Notes under the pieces: generated by a model | What the model saw: only the letters and a program-made list of their open reading frames with translations | The model's database searches: none | What the model was told of the DNA's origin: nothing | Part shown: positions 9,743-18,667 of the stretch, one piece after another | Position numbering within the stretch: the first letter of the stretch is position 1 | Layout of the letters: the number at the start of each line of letters is the position of its first letter | Program-made: the position numbers and the translations under genes | Assembly: GCA_963783375.1 (NCBI GenBank) | Contig: CAWANH010000028.1 | Span: forward strand, 608,001-672,000 | Direction: 5' to 3' | From: Candidatus Eiseniibacteriota bacterium | GTDB lineage: Bacteria > Eisenbacteria > RBG-16-71-46 > JABDJR01 | Length of the DNA: 64,000 bases

Positions 9743-11836
9743 ATGTCTACGCACCATCACGGCTCCAACCAGATCGTCCGGCGCCTGCGGCTCATGCTGC
9801 TGAAGGGGGAGCGGCGACTCGGATCGATAGGGCACCAGATCAGGACCCCCGAGAACACCGTTACCCTCGCGGTGGCCGCGCTCATCGGCATCCTGGCCGG
9901 GCTGGGGTCGGTCGTGCTTCGCGAGCTGATCTTCTACTTCCAGCGTCTCGGGTATCACGTGCAATCCCCGTCGGTGGCCTACCTGACGGCGCTGCCCTGG
10001 TGGCTCAAGCTGGTGATCCCTACCGTGGGCGGGCTCGGGGTGGGGCTCATCGTCCGCTACTTCGCCCCCGAGGCGAAGGGGCACGGCGTTCCCGAGGTCA
10101 TGGAAGCGGTGGCGGTGCGCGGCGGCATGATCCGCAAGCGCGTCTCCATCGCCAAGGCGGTGGCCTCGGCGCTCAGCATCGCCAGCGGCGGGTCCACCGG
10201 TCGCGAGGGGCCGATCATCCAGATCGGCGCGGCCATCGGATCCACCATCGGCCGCTACGTGGGGCTCAATCCCCAACGGGTGAAGGTGTACGTGGCCTGC
10301 GGGGCGGCGGCGGGGATCGCCTCCGCCTTCAACGCCCCCCTGGCCGGAGCCATTTTCGCCGCCGAGATCATCCTCGCCGACTTCGGGGTGCCCCGGCTGG
10401 GACCGGTGGTGGTGGCTTCGGTGTCGGCCACCGCCATGTCCCGGTCCCTCCTGGGCGACGAGCGCGCCTTCGTCGTTCCCGCCTACCAGCTCAAGACGGC
10501 CTGGGAATTCCTACCCTACCTGCTCCTCGGCCTCCTGTGCGGCCTGACCGCGGTGGCCTTCATCAAGCTCCTCTACAAGGTGGAGGACCGGTTCGACAAC
10601 AGCCGGATCCCCTCAGTGGCGCGTCCCGCGGTGGGCGGATTCATGGTCGGAATCATCTCCCTGGCGGTGCCGCAGATCCTGGGAATCGGCTACGAGGGGA
10701 TCACCAACGCGGTCCTCGGGGAAGGCGTGTGGTACGTCCTCATGGGATTGGCGGTGGCCAAACTGGTGGCCACCAGCATCACCCTGGGATCGGGCGGATC
10801 GGGGGGGATCTTCGCGCCCAGCCTCTTCCTGGGGGCCACGGTGGGCGGAGCCCTCGGACACGTCGTGCACAGCCTCTTCCCGGATGTAACCGCGGCCCAC
10901 GGAGCCTATGCCCTGGTCGGGATGGGAGGGGTGGTGGCCGCCACCACCCACGCCCCCATCACCGCGATCCTGATCCTCTTCGAGATGACCGGAAGCTACA
11001 AGATCATCCTCCCCCTCATGTTCACGGTGATCGGCGCGGTCTTCCTGAGCAGCCGGTTGAACCGGGAGTCCATCTATACCGAGAAGCTGGCGCGCCGGGG
11101 CCTGGACGTGCGCGGCGGCCGGGAGATGAACGTGCTCCGCGCCCAGAAGGTCCACGAGGTCATGAAGGATTCCGTGGAGGTGGTGCCGGTGACCGCGCCC
11201 ATGTCGGATCTGGTGAGCCGGGCGGTGGAAAGCCCCCACACCCAGTTCTTCGTGAAGGACGGAAAAGACAGGTTCGTCGGGGTGATCCATGCCGCCGAGG
11301 TGCGCCGGGTGCTGTTCGAACGAAGCCTGGGCGGGGTGGTGATCGCCGCCGACCTCATGGAGCCGGTCTCCATGTACCTGGTGCCCGACGACTCCCTGGA
11401 TCAGGCCATGCGCCTGTTCGGCCAGTCCTCCAACGAGGAGATCCCGGTGGTGGACCACCTCGAACCGGGGGAGCTTCTGGGAGTGCTTTCCCGCGCCGAT
11501 TGCATCGACGCCTACAACCGGGCCATCTCCCGCCTGGATGCCGCCGGCGAGATCGCCTACGGGAGCAAGCTCCTGGGGCGGACCCACGAAATCACCGTTT
11601 CCGAGGGATTCCGGATGTTGGAGCTGGAGACCCCCGCCGCTTTCCACGGGAAGGACCTCCGGAGCCTCGAGCTTCCCACCCGCCACGGGGTGCAGGTCCT
11701 GCTGGTCCGGCGTACCCATCTCCAGAAGGGAACGCTGGACTCCATACCCCCGCGCGCGGATCTCGTCCTGCGGCCGGGAGATCACCTGATCCTGGCCGGC
11801 CCTCCCGAAGCCATCGCGCGATTCAAGAGCTTCTGA
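9743..11836 (+). CDS. ClC chloride channel/antiporter with CBS pair and TrkA-C domain
   Basis: GHGVPEV, GREGPIIQIG, FNAPLAG, GGIFAP, FEMTG; C-terminal CBS and RCK_C-like (GKDLRSLEL..GVQVLLVRR..GDHLIL). Confidence 0.92.
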   Translation: MSTHHHGSNQIVRRLRLMLLKGERRLGSIGHQIRTPENTVTLAVAALIGILAGLGSVVLRELIFYFQRLGYHVQSPSVAYLTALPWWLKLVIPTVGGLGVGLIVRYFAPEAKGHGVPEVMEAVAVRGGMIRKRVSIAKAVASALSIASGGSTGREGPIIQIGAAIGSTIGRYVGLNPQRVKVYVACGAAAGIASAFNAPLAGAIFAAEIILADFGVPRLGPVVVASVSATAMSRSLLGDERAFVVPAYQLKTAWEFLPYLLLGLLCGLTAVAFIKLLYKVEDRFDNSRIPSVARPAVGGFMVGIISLAVPQILGIGYEGITNAVLGEGVWYVLMGLAVAKLVATSITLGSGGSGGIFAPSLFLGATVGGALGHVVHSLFPDVTAAHGAYALVGMGGVVAATTHAPITAILILFEMTGSYKIILPLMFTVIGAVFLSSRLNRESIYTEKLARRGLDVRGGREMNVLRAQKVHEVMKDSVEVVPVTAPMSDLVSRAVESPHTQFFVKDGKDRFVGVIHAAEVRRVLFERSLGGVVIAADLMEPVSMYLVPDDSLDQAMRLFGQSSNEEIPVVDHLEPGELLGVLSRADCIDAYNRAISRLDAAGEIAYGSKLLGRTHEITVSEGFRMLELETPAAFHGKDLRSLELPTRHGVQVLLVRRTHLQKGTLDSIPPRADLVLRPGDHLILAGPPEAIARFKSF

Positions 11837-11918
11837 CCCGGGCTCGCGCCGCGGTGGTGTCGATCAGGGGCGCCGGGGATGGGACGCGCGGAGCGGCGGC
11901 GGGCCCGGGCGGGGCGGC

Positions 11919-12440
11919 TCACGGCGCCGGGCGGGACCTCGCCGCCGCCCGGCGAAGCCGTTCCAGGGTGACCTCTTTTCCCCCGTAGCCCGCCAGGATC
12001 ACCGGATTCCTTCCGGCGGGATCGGTGACCACGAGGGTGGGAAAGGAGGTCACGCCGAACCGTTTCTGGAGCGCGGCGACGGCATGGGAGTTCCGCCCGT
12101 CCTCGGCCACCCGATCCGCGACCCGGACGGGAACGAACAGGCGGTCGATTTCCGCCGCGGCCGCGGAATCGGCGAAGACGCTTCGCTCGAGCGCCCGACA
12201 GGGACCGCACCATGCCGCGGTGAAATCGTAGAGGACCGGCTTCCGCGCCGCCATGCCCATCAACGGGCCGGCCTCGGGAGAGCGCCAGGTCACCCGGTCC
12301 CGGATCTCCCCCGCCTTTCCCGAATGGTTCACCATCCCCAGAGCCGCCCGTCCGGCCAGGAGCGCGGCGGCCAACGCCACCAGGAGCCGCGGGGTGCGCC
12401 GGGTGGAGAGCGCGGCCGCTCCCGGGTCAATCCGCGGCAT
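11919..12440 (-). CDS. Thioredoxin-family protein with N-terminal anchor
   Basis: KPVLYDFTAAWCGPC, FGVTSFPTLVV. Confidence 0.85.
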   Translation of the reverse strand: MPRIDPGAAALSTRRTPRLLVALAAALLAGRAALGMVNHSGKAGEIRDRVTWRSPEAGPLMGMAARKPVLYDFTAAWCGPCRALERSVFADSAAAAEIDRLFVPVRVADRVAEDGRNSHAVAALQKRFGVTSFPTLVVTDPAGRNPVILAGYGGKEVTLERLRRAAARSRPAP

Positions 12441-13131
12441 AGGAGATCTCTTTCCGATTCACCGCCGCCACGGCCAGGGCAAGCGCGAGGGTGACGGTCG
12501 AGAAATAGGAGACGACGCGGAACCAGTCCGGGTCCCCGGCGAGGATCGCGTGGAGGTTCGGGTCCGGGGTCAGGAACCCGACCATCTCGGCGGCCACCCC
12601 GCGAAGGGTCCGGCTTCCGACCATGCCGCCCACGGTGTCGAGGAAATAGCCGATGAAGGAGAATGCGACGTAGAGGCCCAGGTCACCGAACCCGTTCAGG
12701 AGCGACGAAAAGAGAACGAAGACCGCGGCCACCCCGAAAGCGGTGAACACGTGCTCCGGGAACTGGAGCGCCCAGGCTGCCGGTGTCATTCCGCCGCCAT
12801 GGAGCGCTCCGATCCCGGCGAGGAGGATCTCCGCGGAGGCGATGACGGCGCCGGCGATTCCGAGTCCCACCCACCGGCTGATCACGTATTCGCTGCGCCG
12901 GATGGGTCGGGTGAAGAGGACCTGGAGCACGCCGGCGGAGACATCCCGACCGACGATCCCCGCGCCCAGGATCATCACCAGGACCGCGGTCGAACCGGTC
13001 CCGACCCGTCCCCCGCCCGATCCGATGAAGCTGGGGAGGATCGCCATGGCCGCGAAGACGGCGACCAGGGCGATCCGGGGCGGCGAGACCAGCCACCGAT
13101 CGAAGGTGGCGACGATCAGGGTCCGGTTCAC
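12427..13131 (-). CDS. ABC-2 type transporter permease
   Basis: DVSAGVLQVLFTRPIRRSEYVISRW; hydrophobic; GTG start overlaps the ATPase stop. Confidence 0.8.
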   Translation of the reverse strand: MNRTLIVATFDRWLVSPPRIALVAVFAAMAILPSFIGSGGGRVGTGSTAVLVMILGAGIVGRDVSAGVLQVLFTRPIRRSEYVISRWVGLGIAGAVIASAEILLAGIGALHGGGMTPAAWALQFPEHVFTAFGVAAVFVLFSSLLNGFGDLGLYVAFSFIGYFLDTVGGMVGSRTLRGVAAEMVGFLTPDPNLHAILAGDPDWFRVVSYFSTVTLALALAVAAVNRKEISYAAD

Positions 13132-14060
13132 GAGGGCTCCTCCTCCAGGAAGAGACGCTCCAGCCGGCTCTCCTCGGGCACCGCCTCCACGACCCGATGC
13201 CCCGCGCCTACCAGGGCGGCGAGGAGTGCGGCGGCGTCCGCGTCGGTCTTCACCGTGAACACGGCCCCGAGGGACCGGAAATCCGCGAGGCGGGCCCCGG
13301 AGGCCTCGGCGAGGGCGGACACCGCGTCCCGGGTCCAGCCGGGACGGCCGCCCCCCATGGTGAGCCGGACCCGCAGGAGACGCGCCCGGGTGGTTCCCGC
13401 GTTCAGAGTCTCCACCGAGTCGACCTTTCCCCGCCGGACGAAGATCACCCGGGTGCAGGTCCGCTCCACCTGATCGACGTGGTGGGAGTTGAGGACGATG
13501 GTGGCGCCTTCGTCGCGAAGTTCGCCAAGCAGGCGTCGGAAGAGGACCGTACCCCCCGGATCGAGTCCCGAGGTGGGCTCGTCCAGGAACAGGTAGCGGG
13601 GGCGGCCGAGCATGGCCTGGGCCAGGCCCAGGCGTTGAAGCATCCCGCGGGAGTACTTCCCGATCCGGCGCCGCCCCGCCTCCGCCGGGAGTCCCACCCG
13701 GGAAAGGGCGGCCGCGACGTCGCCCGCCCGTCGCGCCGGATCGAGCCGGGTCAGGGCATGGTGAAAGCGGAGAAGATCCGAACCGGTCCTCCACCGGTCC
13801 AGGGCGGGGCGCTCGGGGAGGTACCCGGTCCCGGCGCGGACGGGAAGGGAATCGGGTGGGAAACCGTCCAGGGTGATCCGGCCCGAGTCCGGACGCAGGA
13901 ATCCCAGGAGGCATCCCATGAGGGTGGTCTTCCCCGCGCCGTTGGGACCGATGACGCCGATCGCCTCCCCCGGGGCCACTTCGAAGCTGATGCCGTCGAG
14001 CGCGAGCACCGAGCCGCCGCGATACCTCTTGACCAGGTCGTGAACCTCGATTCCGGGCAT
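13128..14060 (-). CDS. ABC transporter ATP-binding protein
   Basis: GPNGAGKTT, YSRGMLQR, LFLDEPTSGLDP, NSH. Confidence 0.93.
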   Translation of the reverse strand: MPGIEVHDLVKRYRGGSVLALDGISFEVAPGEAIGVIGPNGAGKTTLMGCLLGFLRPDSGRITLDGFPPDSLPVRAGTGYLPERPALDRWRTGSDLLRFHHALTRLDPARRAGDVAAALSRVGLPAEAGRRRIGKYSRGMLQRLGLAQAMLGRPRYLFLDEPTSGLDPGGTVLFRRLLGELRDEGATIVLNSHHVDQVERTCTRVIFVRRGKVDSVETLNAGTTRARLLRVRLTMGGGRPGWTRDAVSALAEASGARLADFRSLGAVFTVKTDADAAALLAALVGAGHRVVEAVPEESRLERLFLEEEPS

Positions 14061-14349
14061 GATTCTCGGCTCTTCCGAACGGGGATCGCGGAAGTCGAGA
14101 ACAACTATAGGGACAGGTATTGGAAGGTTCAACCGGGCGCACAAATTTCCTGTTATCACGCACCCAGAAATTCGCGTAGGCATTCGAGCCCGCCCTTGAC
14201 AGCCCGGCGGGGCACGCCTAGCGTCCTCCGCGAGAGGCTGCGGAGGAAGGGGGGCCGCGGCGCGCCATCGGCGCCTCCGTCCCGGGACGGACCGGGATTT
14301 CGAGCGTCGCCGGGCTCGCCCGCGGGCATATCGCGCGGGGATCAACATC

Positions 14350-15009
14350 ATGAATCGGAACGTTTTCCTGGGCTGCCTCGGAGTGGCGGTCGTGGTGGTG
14401 CTGGTGGCCGGCACCCTGTTCTATCTGAACGTCATCCGCCCCACCCGCGCCATCCTGCCCGACCTTCAACAGCTCGGCGAACTCGAGGCCATGAACGCGC
14501 AGATCACCGCGAAGGATTCCTTCACCCCGCCGCCGGACGGTTCCCTCACCCCCGAGGAGCTGGACCGGTTCGTCCACGTCCAGACCGAGATGAAGGACTC
14601 CCTGGGGACTACCTTCCTGCCTCTCGACGCCAAGGCCCACCGGGTGCGAAGCCTCGAGGAGGGGGACAAAGGGGGCCGGGTGGGGCTCCGGGACGCCATA
14701 CGTTCCTTCGAGGGCCTTGGTCCGCTCATGGTCGAGGCCAAGCAAGCGCAGGTGGCCGCTCTCAACGATCAGGAGTTCTCGTACGGCGAGTACCGCTGGG
14801 TGCGCGAGCGCTTCTACCGCGCCCGGGGCTACCAGGACGTGGGGCTCTACCTCGAGGACTTCGCGCGGAGCCTGGGGAAGGGGAAGATGCCCAGCCCGCC
14901 ATCGGCCACCGACACGACCTCCGTCGTACCGTCGGCGGACCGGACGCTCACCTCGGCCTATGCGGATTCGGTGAACGCCTGGTACCCATTCCTGGTGTTC
15001 GGGCTCTAG
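14350..15009 (+). CDS. Hypothetical membrane-anchored protein
   Basis: N-terminal GCLG plus hydrophobic anchor; host-like codon usage. Confidence 0.65.
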   Translation: MNRNVFLGCLGVAVVVVLVAGTLFYLNVIRPTRAILPDLQQLGELEAMNAQITAKDSFTPPPDGSLTPEELDRFVHVQTEMKDSLGTTFLPLDAKAHRVRSLEEGDKGGRVGLRDAIRSFEGLGPLMVEAKQAQVAALNDQEFSYGEYRWVRERFYRARGYQDVGLYLEDFARSLGKGKMPSPPSATDTTSVVPSADRTLTSAYADSVNAWYPFLVFGL

Positions 15010-15090
15010 GCGGGCGAATTCCCTCTCCGGAAAACGCGCCGTCTGCGCGCCGCTCTGCGGTTCCCGCCGGGCACCCGGGGAAACTGGGCA

Positions 15091-16419
15091 CTAGCGCCCG
15101 TCCGGGGCCGACGTCCCCACGCCGTCCCGGAACCGGCTCCAGAAGTCGGATTCCCGTAGCGGCGGCCACGCGTTCAATCGGCCCCAGATAGGCCGCATGC
15201 GGTTCCGGAACTCTTCGGGGGAGAGGTTTTCGGAGTCGGGGTCGCCGCCCTTCAGCCGGTTGTCGAGGAAGACGTTGCCCGCGATGGGGAAGGCGGACGG
15301 TACCGCGTGGCGGGCGATCGGCATCTGGTAGCAGTAGGGCTCGCCGCTGTCGTAGCGGGGGTCCTGGCCGGTCCGGACCAGCACGTTCTGCACGAATCGT
15401 CCGGGGGGAGGCGGAAGCTCGCTCCCCCGAACGATCGACGCCCCGCAGGCGCCGGTGTCGTACACCACGTTCCGTTCGTAGATCCCCGCCGGACGCCCGT
15501 AGCCGGCGTCCCACAGGGTGAGGCCCCAGGTGGCCACGTGCTCCACCACGTTCTCGCGCGCGGTCAGCTGGGCGTCCACGAAGGCCCCGATCCCCTTCCA
15601 GTAGCGTCGGACCAGGTTCCCCTGGACGGTGGCGAAGGCGTTCCAGGTGCATCCGATGCCCACCCCGCGCCCGCCCCCGATCCGGGAGCCGCGAGCCAGA
15701 TCCACACCGTCGATGACGTTGGCTTCGATCACCGCCTGCGCCCCCCGGTAGAGGGCGATGCCGTCCCAGGAATTGCGGAGGATGCGGTTCCCGCGCAGGG
15801 TCATCACCGAGCCCTCGCGCCCGCACACCCCGATGATCCCCACCACGGTCCTGGTCACCGTGGTGGAGTCGCCGATATTGTCGCGGATGATGCAGTTGGA
15901 GAGGCTCACCGATCCGCGCTTGACCACGATCGCCGCATCGGTGGCCGAGGCCGCGGTGTCGCGCTCGCCCCCGGTCACCGTCACCCCGCTGATCGCGCAG
16001 TTGTGGCAGTCCTCGAACAGAATGCCGTAACCGGCGTGGGTGCGGATCACCGCCTGCCCGTCGCCGGGTCCGAGGATCCGGAGATCGTCGCCCTTGACGA
16101 TCATCCCCACCGTGGCCGTGACCTGGGTGGACTCCACCGGGCAGTTCCCGCAGGTCGGCTCGATGTAGGGCTCGGGCGCAAGGTCGTAGATCCCCGGGGC
16201 CAGCCGGATCACCGTGCCGGGAGCGGCCTGGGCCACCGCGTCTTCCAGGGTTCCCACCGAGTCCGCCGCGGCGGAGTCGGGGGGCGCCACCGGCACCTCG
16301 GCGGCGCGGGCGGGGGGGAGCGCGACCGTGCCGAGCACGCCGGTGAGAAGGACCGCTCCGAGGCCCCGGAGCGCCCGCCGCCATGCCCGGACCGGCTTCA
16401 GGATATCCTCAGTCGCCAT
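15091..16419 (-). CDS. Secreted right-handed parallel beta-helix protein
   Basis: Signal-like N-terminus; TLEDAVAQAAPGTVIRLAPGIY; repeated N.I..N...GI units. Confidence 0.75.
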   Translation of the reverse strand: MATEDILKPVRAWRRALRGLGAVLLTGVLGTVALPPARAAEVPVAPPDSAAADSVGTLEDAVAQAAPGTVIRLAPGIYDLAPEPYIEPTCGNCPVESTQVTATVGMIVKGDDLRILGPGDGQAVIRTHAGYGILFEDCHNCAISGVTVTGGERDTAASATDAAIVVKRGSVSLSNCIIRDNIGDSTTVTRTVVGIIGVCGREGSVMTLRGNRILRNSWDGIALYRGAQAVIEANVIDGVDLARGSRIGGGRGVGIGCTWNAFATVQGNLVRRYWKGIGAFVDAQLTARENVVEHVATWGLTLWDAGYGRPAGIYERNVVYDTGACGASIVRGSELPPPPGRFVQNVLVRTGQDPRYDSGEPYCYQMPIARHAVPSAFPIAGNVFLDNRLKGGDPDSENLSPEEFRNRMRPIWGRLNAWPPLRESDFWSRFRDGVGTSAPDGR

Positions 16420-17023
16420 GGCGCTCCCTCAAGTAAGGGGAAAGCCGGAGCAGAAGCTGGACGCGCTCGAACTCGTCCACCCATTCCGCAATCCCCGCGC
16501 GCACCTCGTCCGCATCGAGGGGAGCGGGGCCGATCGGACAAGCGGGGCCGAGCTGGTTCCGGGCCATGGCCCGATAAGCGGCCAGGGAACGGTCCCCGTA
16601 GCGGCTCACCTCGAAGAAATCCTCGTTCAGGAACACCGCCACCGGCACCTTGGCCGCCCCGCTCAAACGAAGCTCGTCCCGAAGCTCGGGGTTCCCGTCG
16701 CGATCCAGGATGCGGAGGGTGACCGCGGGCGCCGCTTCCTCGATCCGCCGGAGGATGGGAACCTGACGCACGCAGTCACCGCACCAGACGCCGGAAAGAA
16801 CCAGCAGGTTCACCCGGCGGTCGAGCGAGGCGAGGAGGGCGCGTTGATCGTCGCTCAACTGCAGTTGCTCGTCCGCCTCGCGCCAGCGGGCCCGGTGCTG
16901 CTCCTTGGCGCCGCCCACGTATTCGTCGTAGGAAAGCCCCTTCTCGAACCAACCGCGGAAGAAATCGGTCCGGCGGTCGAAGTACTTGCTGGTGTCCAGG
17001 TGCGGGTCTGCGGCCATGGGCAT
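16409..17023 (-). CDS. Thioredoxin-family protein (WCGDC)
   Basis: LLVLSGVWCGDC, RD.NPEL, KVPVAVFLNEDF. Confidence 0.85.
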   Translation of the reverse strand: MPMAADPHLDTSKYFDRRTDFFRGWFEKGLSYDEYVGGAKEQHRARWREADEQLQLSDDQRALLASLDRRVNLLVLSGVWCGDCVRQVPILRRIEEAAPAVTLRILDRDGNPELRDELRLSGAAKVPVAVFLNEDFFEVSRYGDRSLAAYRAMARNQLGPACPIGPAPLDADEVRAGIAEWVDEFERVQLLLRLSPYLRERHGD

Positions 17024-17203
17024 GATCCTTCCGGTCCCCCGAAAACAAACGACGAAGCGCAAGAGGGTTGATGGTAGCACGGAGGGGACGGAAGGCGCGG
17101 CGCGCCCCGGAAGGCGTTTCCCGCCCGGACCGTTCACGGACCGGCTGCGGCGACGGTGATTCGATCGCCGGCTCGGCCGGCGCCCGGACCGAACCGGGCC
17201 CGC

Positions 17204-17902
17204 TCAGACCAGCGCGCGCTTCACCGCGCGGAGCACGCGATCGAGATCCTCGGGTTTGAGCTTTCCGGTGAAGGTGTTCTGCTGGCTGGGATGGTAGGTG
17301 TCGAAGAGCGCGGGGCCGACGGGAAGCGTGTGTTGCGCACCGTGTCCGAAGGGGTGGTCCTTCATGGTGAGAGCCGTACCGCGCTCCTTCAGGTGCCGCA
17401 GGTAGGCGTCGTGGGCGAACTTCCCCAGGGCGAGGACCACCCGGAGCCGGGGGAGGTTCGCCAGTTCCTCGACCAGGTACTCCCGGCAGTTTTCGGTTTC
17501 CCGCGGGGCGGGCTTGTTGGCGGGCGGGGCGCACCGTACCGCGGCCGCCACGAACGCATCGGTCAGACGAAGGCCGTCGTCGCGCGAGTCGGAGTTCGGC
17601 TGGTTGGCGAAACCGGCGCGATGCAATGCGGCGAAGAGGAAATCCCCGGAGCGGTCCCCGGTGAACACCCGCCCGGTGCGGTTGGCGCCGTGGGCGGCGG
17701 GGGCGAGCCCCAGCACGTAGACCCGGGCCCGGGGATCCCCGAACCCCGGCACCGGCTTCCCCCAGTAGTCCCAGTCCGCGAACGAACGCCGCTTCTCCCG
17801 GGCGATGCGTTCGCAGTAGGTCCGGAGCCGGGCGCAACGGCTGCAGGCGACCACCCGCTTTTCCAGTGCGGCGAGCTTCCGTTCGGCGTTGGGCCGGGCC
17901 AT
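17204..17902 (-). CDS. Uracil-DNA glycosylase, family 5 (UdgB-type)
   Basis: CSRCARL, GLAPAAHGANRTGRVFTGD, RCAPPANKP, YHPSQQNT. Confidence 0.92.
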   Translation of the reverse strand: MARPNAERKLAALEKRVVACSRCARLRTYCERIAREKRRSFADWDYWGKPVPGFGDPRARVYVLGLAPAAHGANRTGRVFTGDRSGDFLFAALHRAGFANQPNSDSRDDGLRLTDAFVAAAVRCAPPANKPAPRETENCREYLVEELANLPRLRVVLALGKFAHDAYLRHLKERGTALTMKDHPFGHGAQHTLPVGPALFDTYHPSQQNTFTGKLKPEDLDRVLRAVKRALV

Positions 17903-17904
17903 CC

Positions 17905-18636
17905 CTAGACGGGGTCCGCTTCGGGGGCGAGGTCCCACCGGCTTCGGAGCCACGCCTCGAAACCGTGTTCCGGGGTGAGGTCCTCGAACACCTCGCTCGC
18001 CCCCGCCTCCCTGAGGGCCGGGATCGAAACCGGGCCGGTGGCCACCCCCGCGGTGAGGTAGCCGTTGTCGCGCCCGGCGGCCACGTCGTGGATCGTGTCC
18101 CCCACCACCAGTACGTCCCCGGGGGCGAACGCCCGGCCGGTGAGTCGTTCCGCCCGCTCCCGCGCCGCCCGGGCCATGGCCGGCCGGTCGTGCCCGTCTC
18201 CCCCGAACCCCCCGACCGGGAAGTAGCGGTTGAGGTCGAAGCGGTCGAGCTTGATCCGCGCGCCGGCCTCGATGTTGCCGGTCAGAAGCCCCAGGGCGAG
18301 CGAGGGGTTCGCGTCCAGACGGGGAAGGAGTTCGGCCACCCCCGGACAGGGGGCGAGGTTCTCCGCCTGGGCCACGGTTCGGCGAAGGTGGCGGACATAG
18401 GCCTCCTCCAGCTCCCCGGTGCGGGCGTGGTAGGCGTCCGAGGCGACTTCGAGCACCCGGGCCATGTCGGCAAGGATGTAGGGATCGCTGTTTCCGGCGA
18501 AGAGCACGGTCCGGACCGCCGGGTTGTCCTCGGCGGGGACGCCGTGGACCTCGGCGAAGGCGCGCTCCAGGGCGATCCGGCCCATGCCGTGTCCCTTGAT
18601 CAGGGTGCCGTCGACGTCGAAGAGGATGAGGTGCAT
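17905..18636 (-). CDS. HAD-family hydrolase, probably leaderless transcript
   Basis: LILFDVDGTL, LLTGN, VVGDTIHD; TATACT lies 6 nt upstream of the ATG on the - strand. Confidence 0.88.
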   Translation of the reverse strand: MHLILFDVDGTLIKGHGMGRIALERAFAEVHGVPAEDNPAVRTVLFAGNSDPYILADMARVLEVASDAYHARTGELEEAYVRHLRRTVAQAENLAPCPGVAELLPRLDANPSLALGLLTGNIEAGARIKLDRFDLNRYFPVGGFGGDGHDRPAMARAARERAERLTGRAFAPGDVLVVGDTIHDVAAGRDNGYLTAGVATGPVSIPALREAGASEVFEDLTPEHGFEAWLRSRWDLAPEADPV

Positions 18637-18667
18637 GCGGCGAGTATAGCGTTTAAGCTCACCGGCC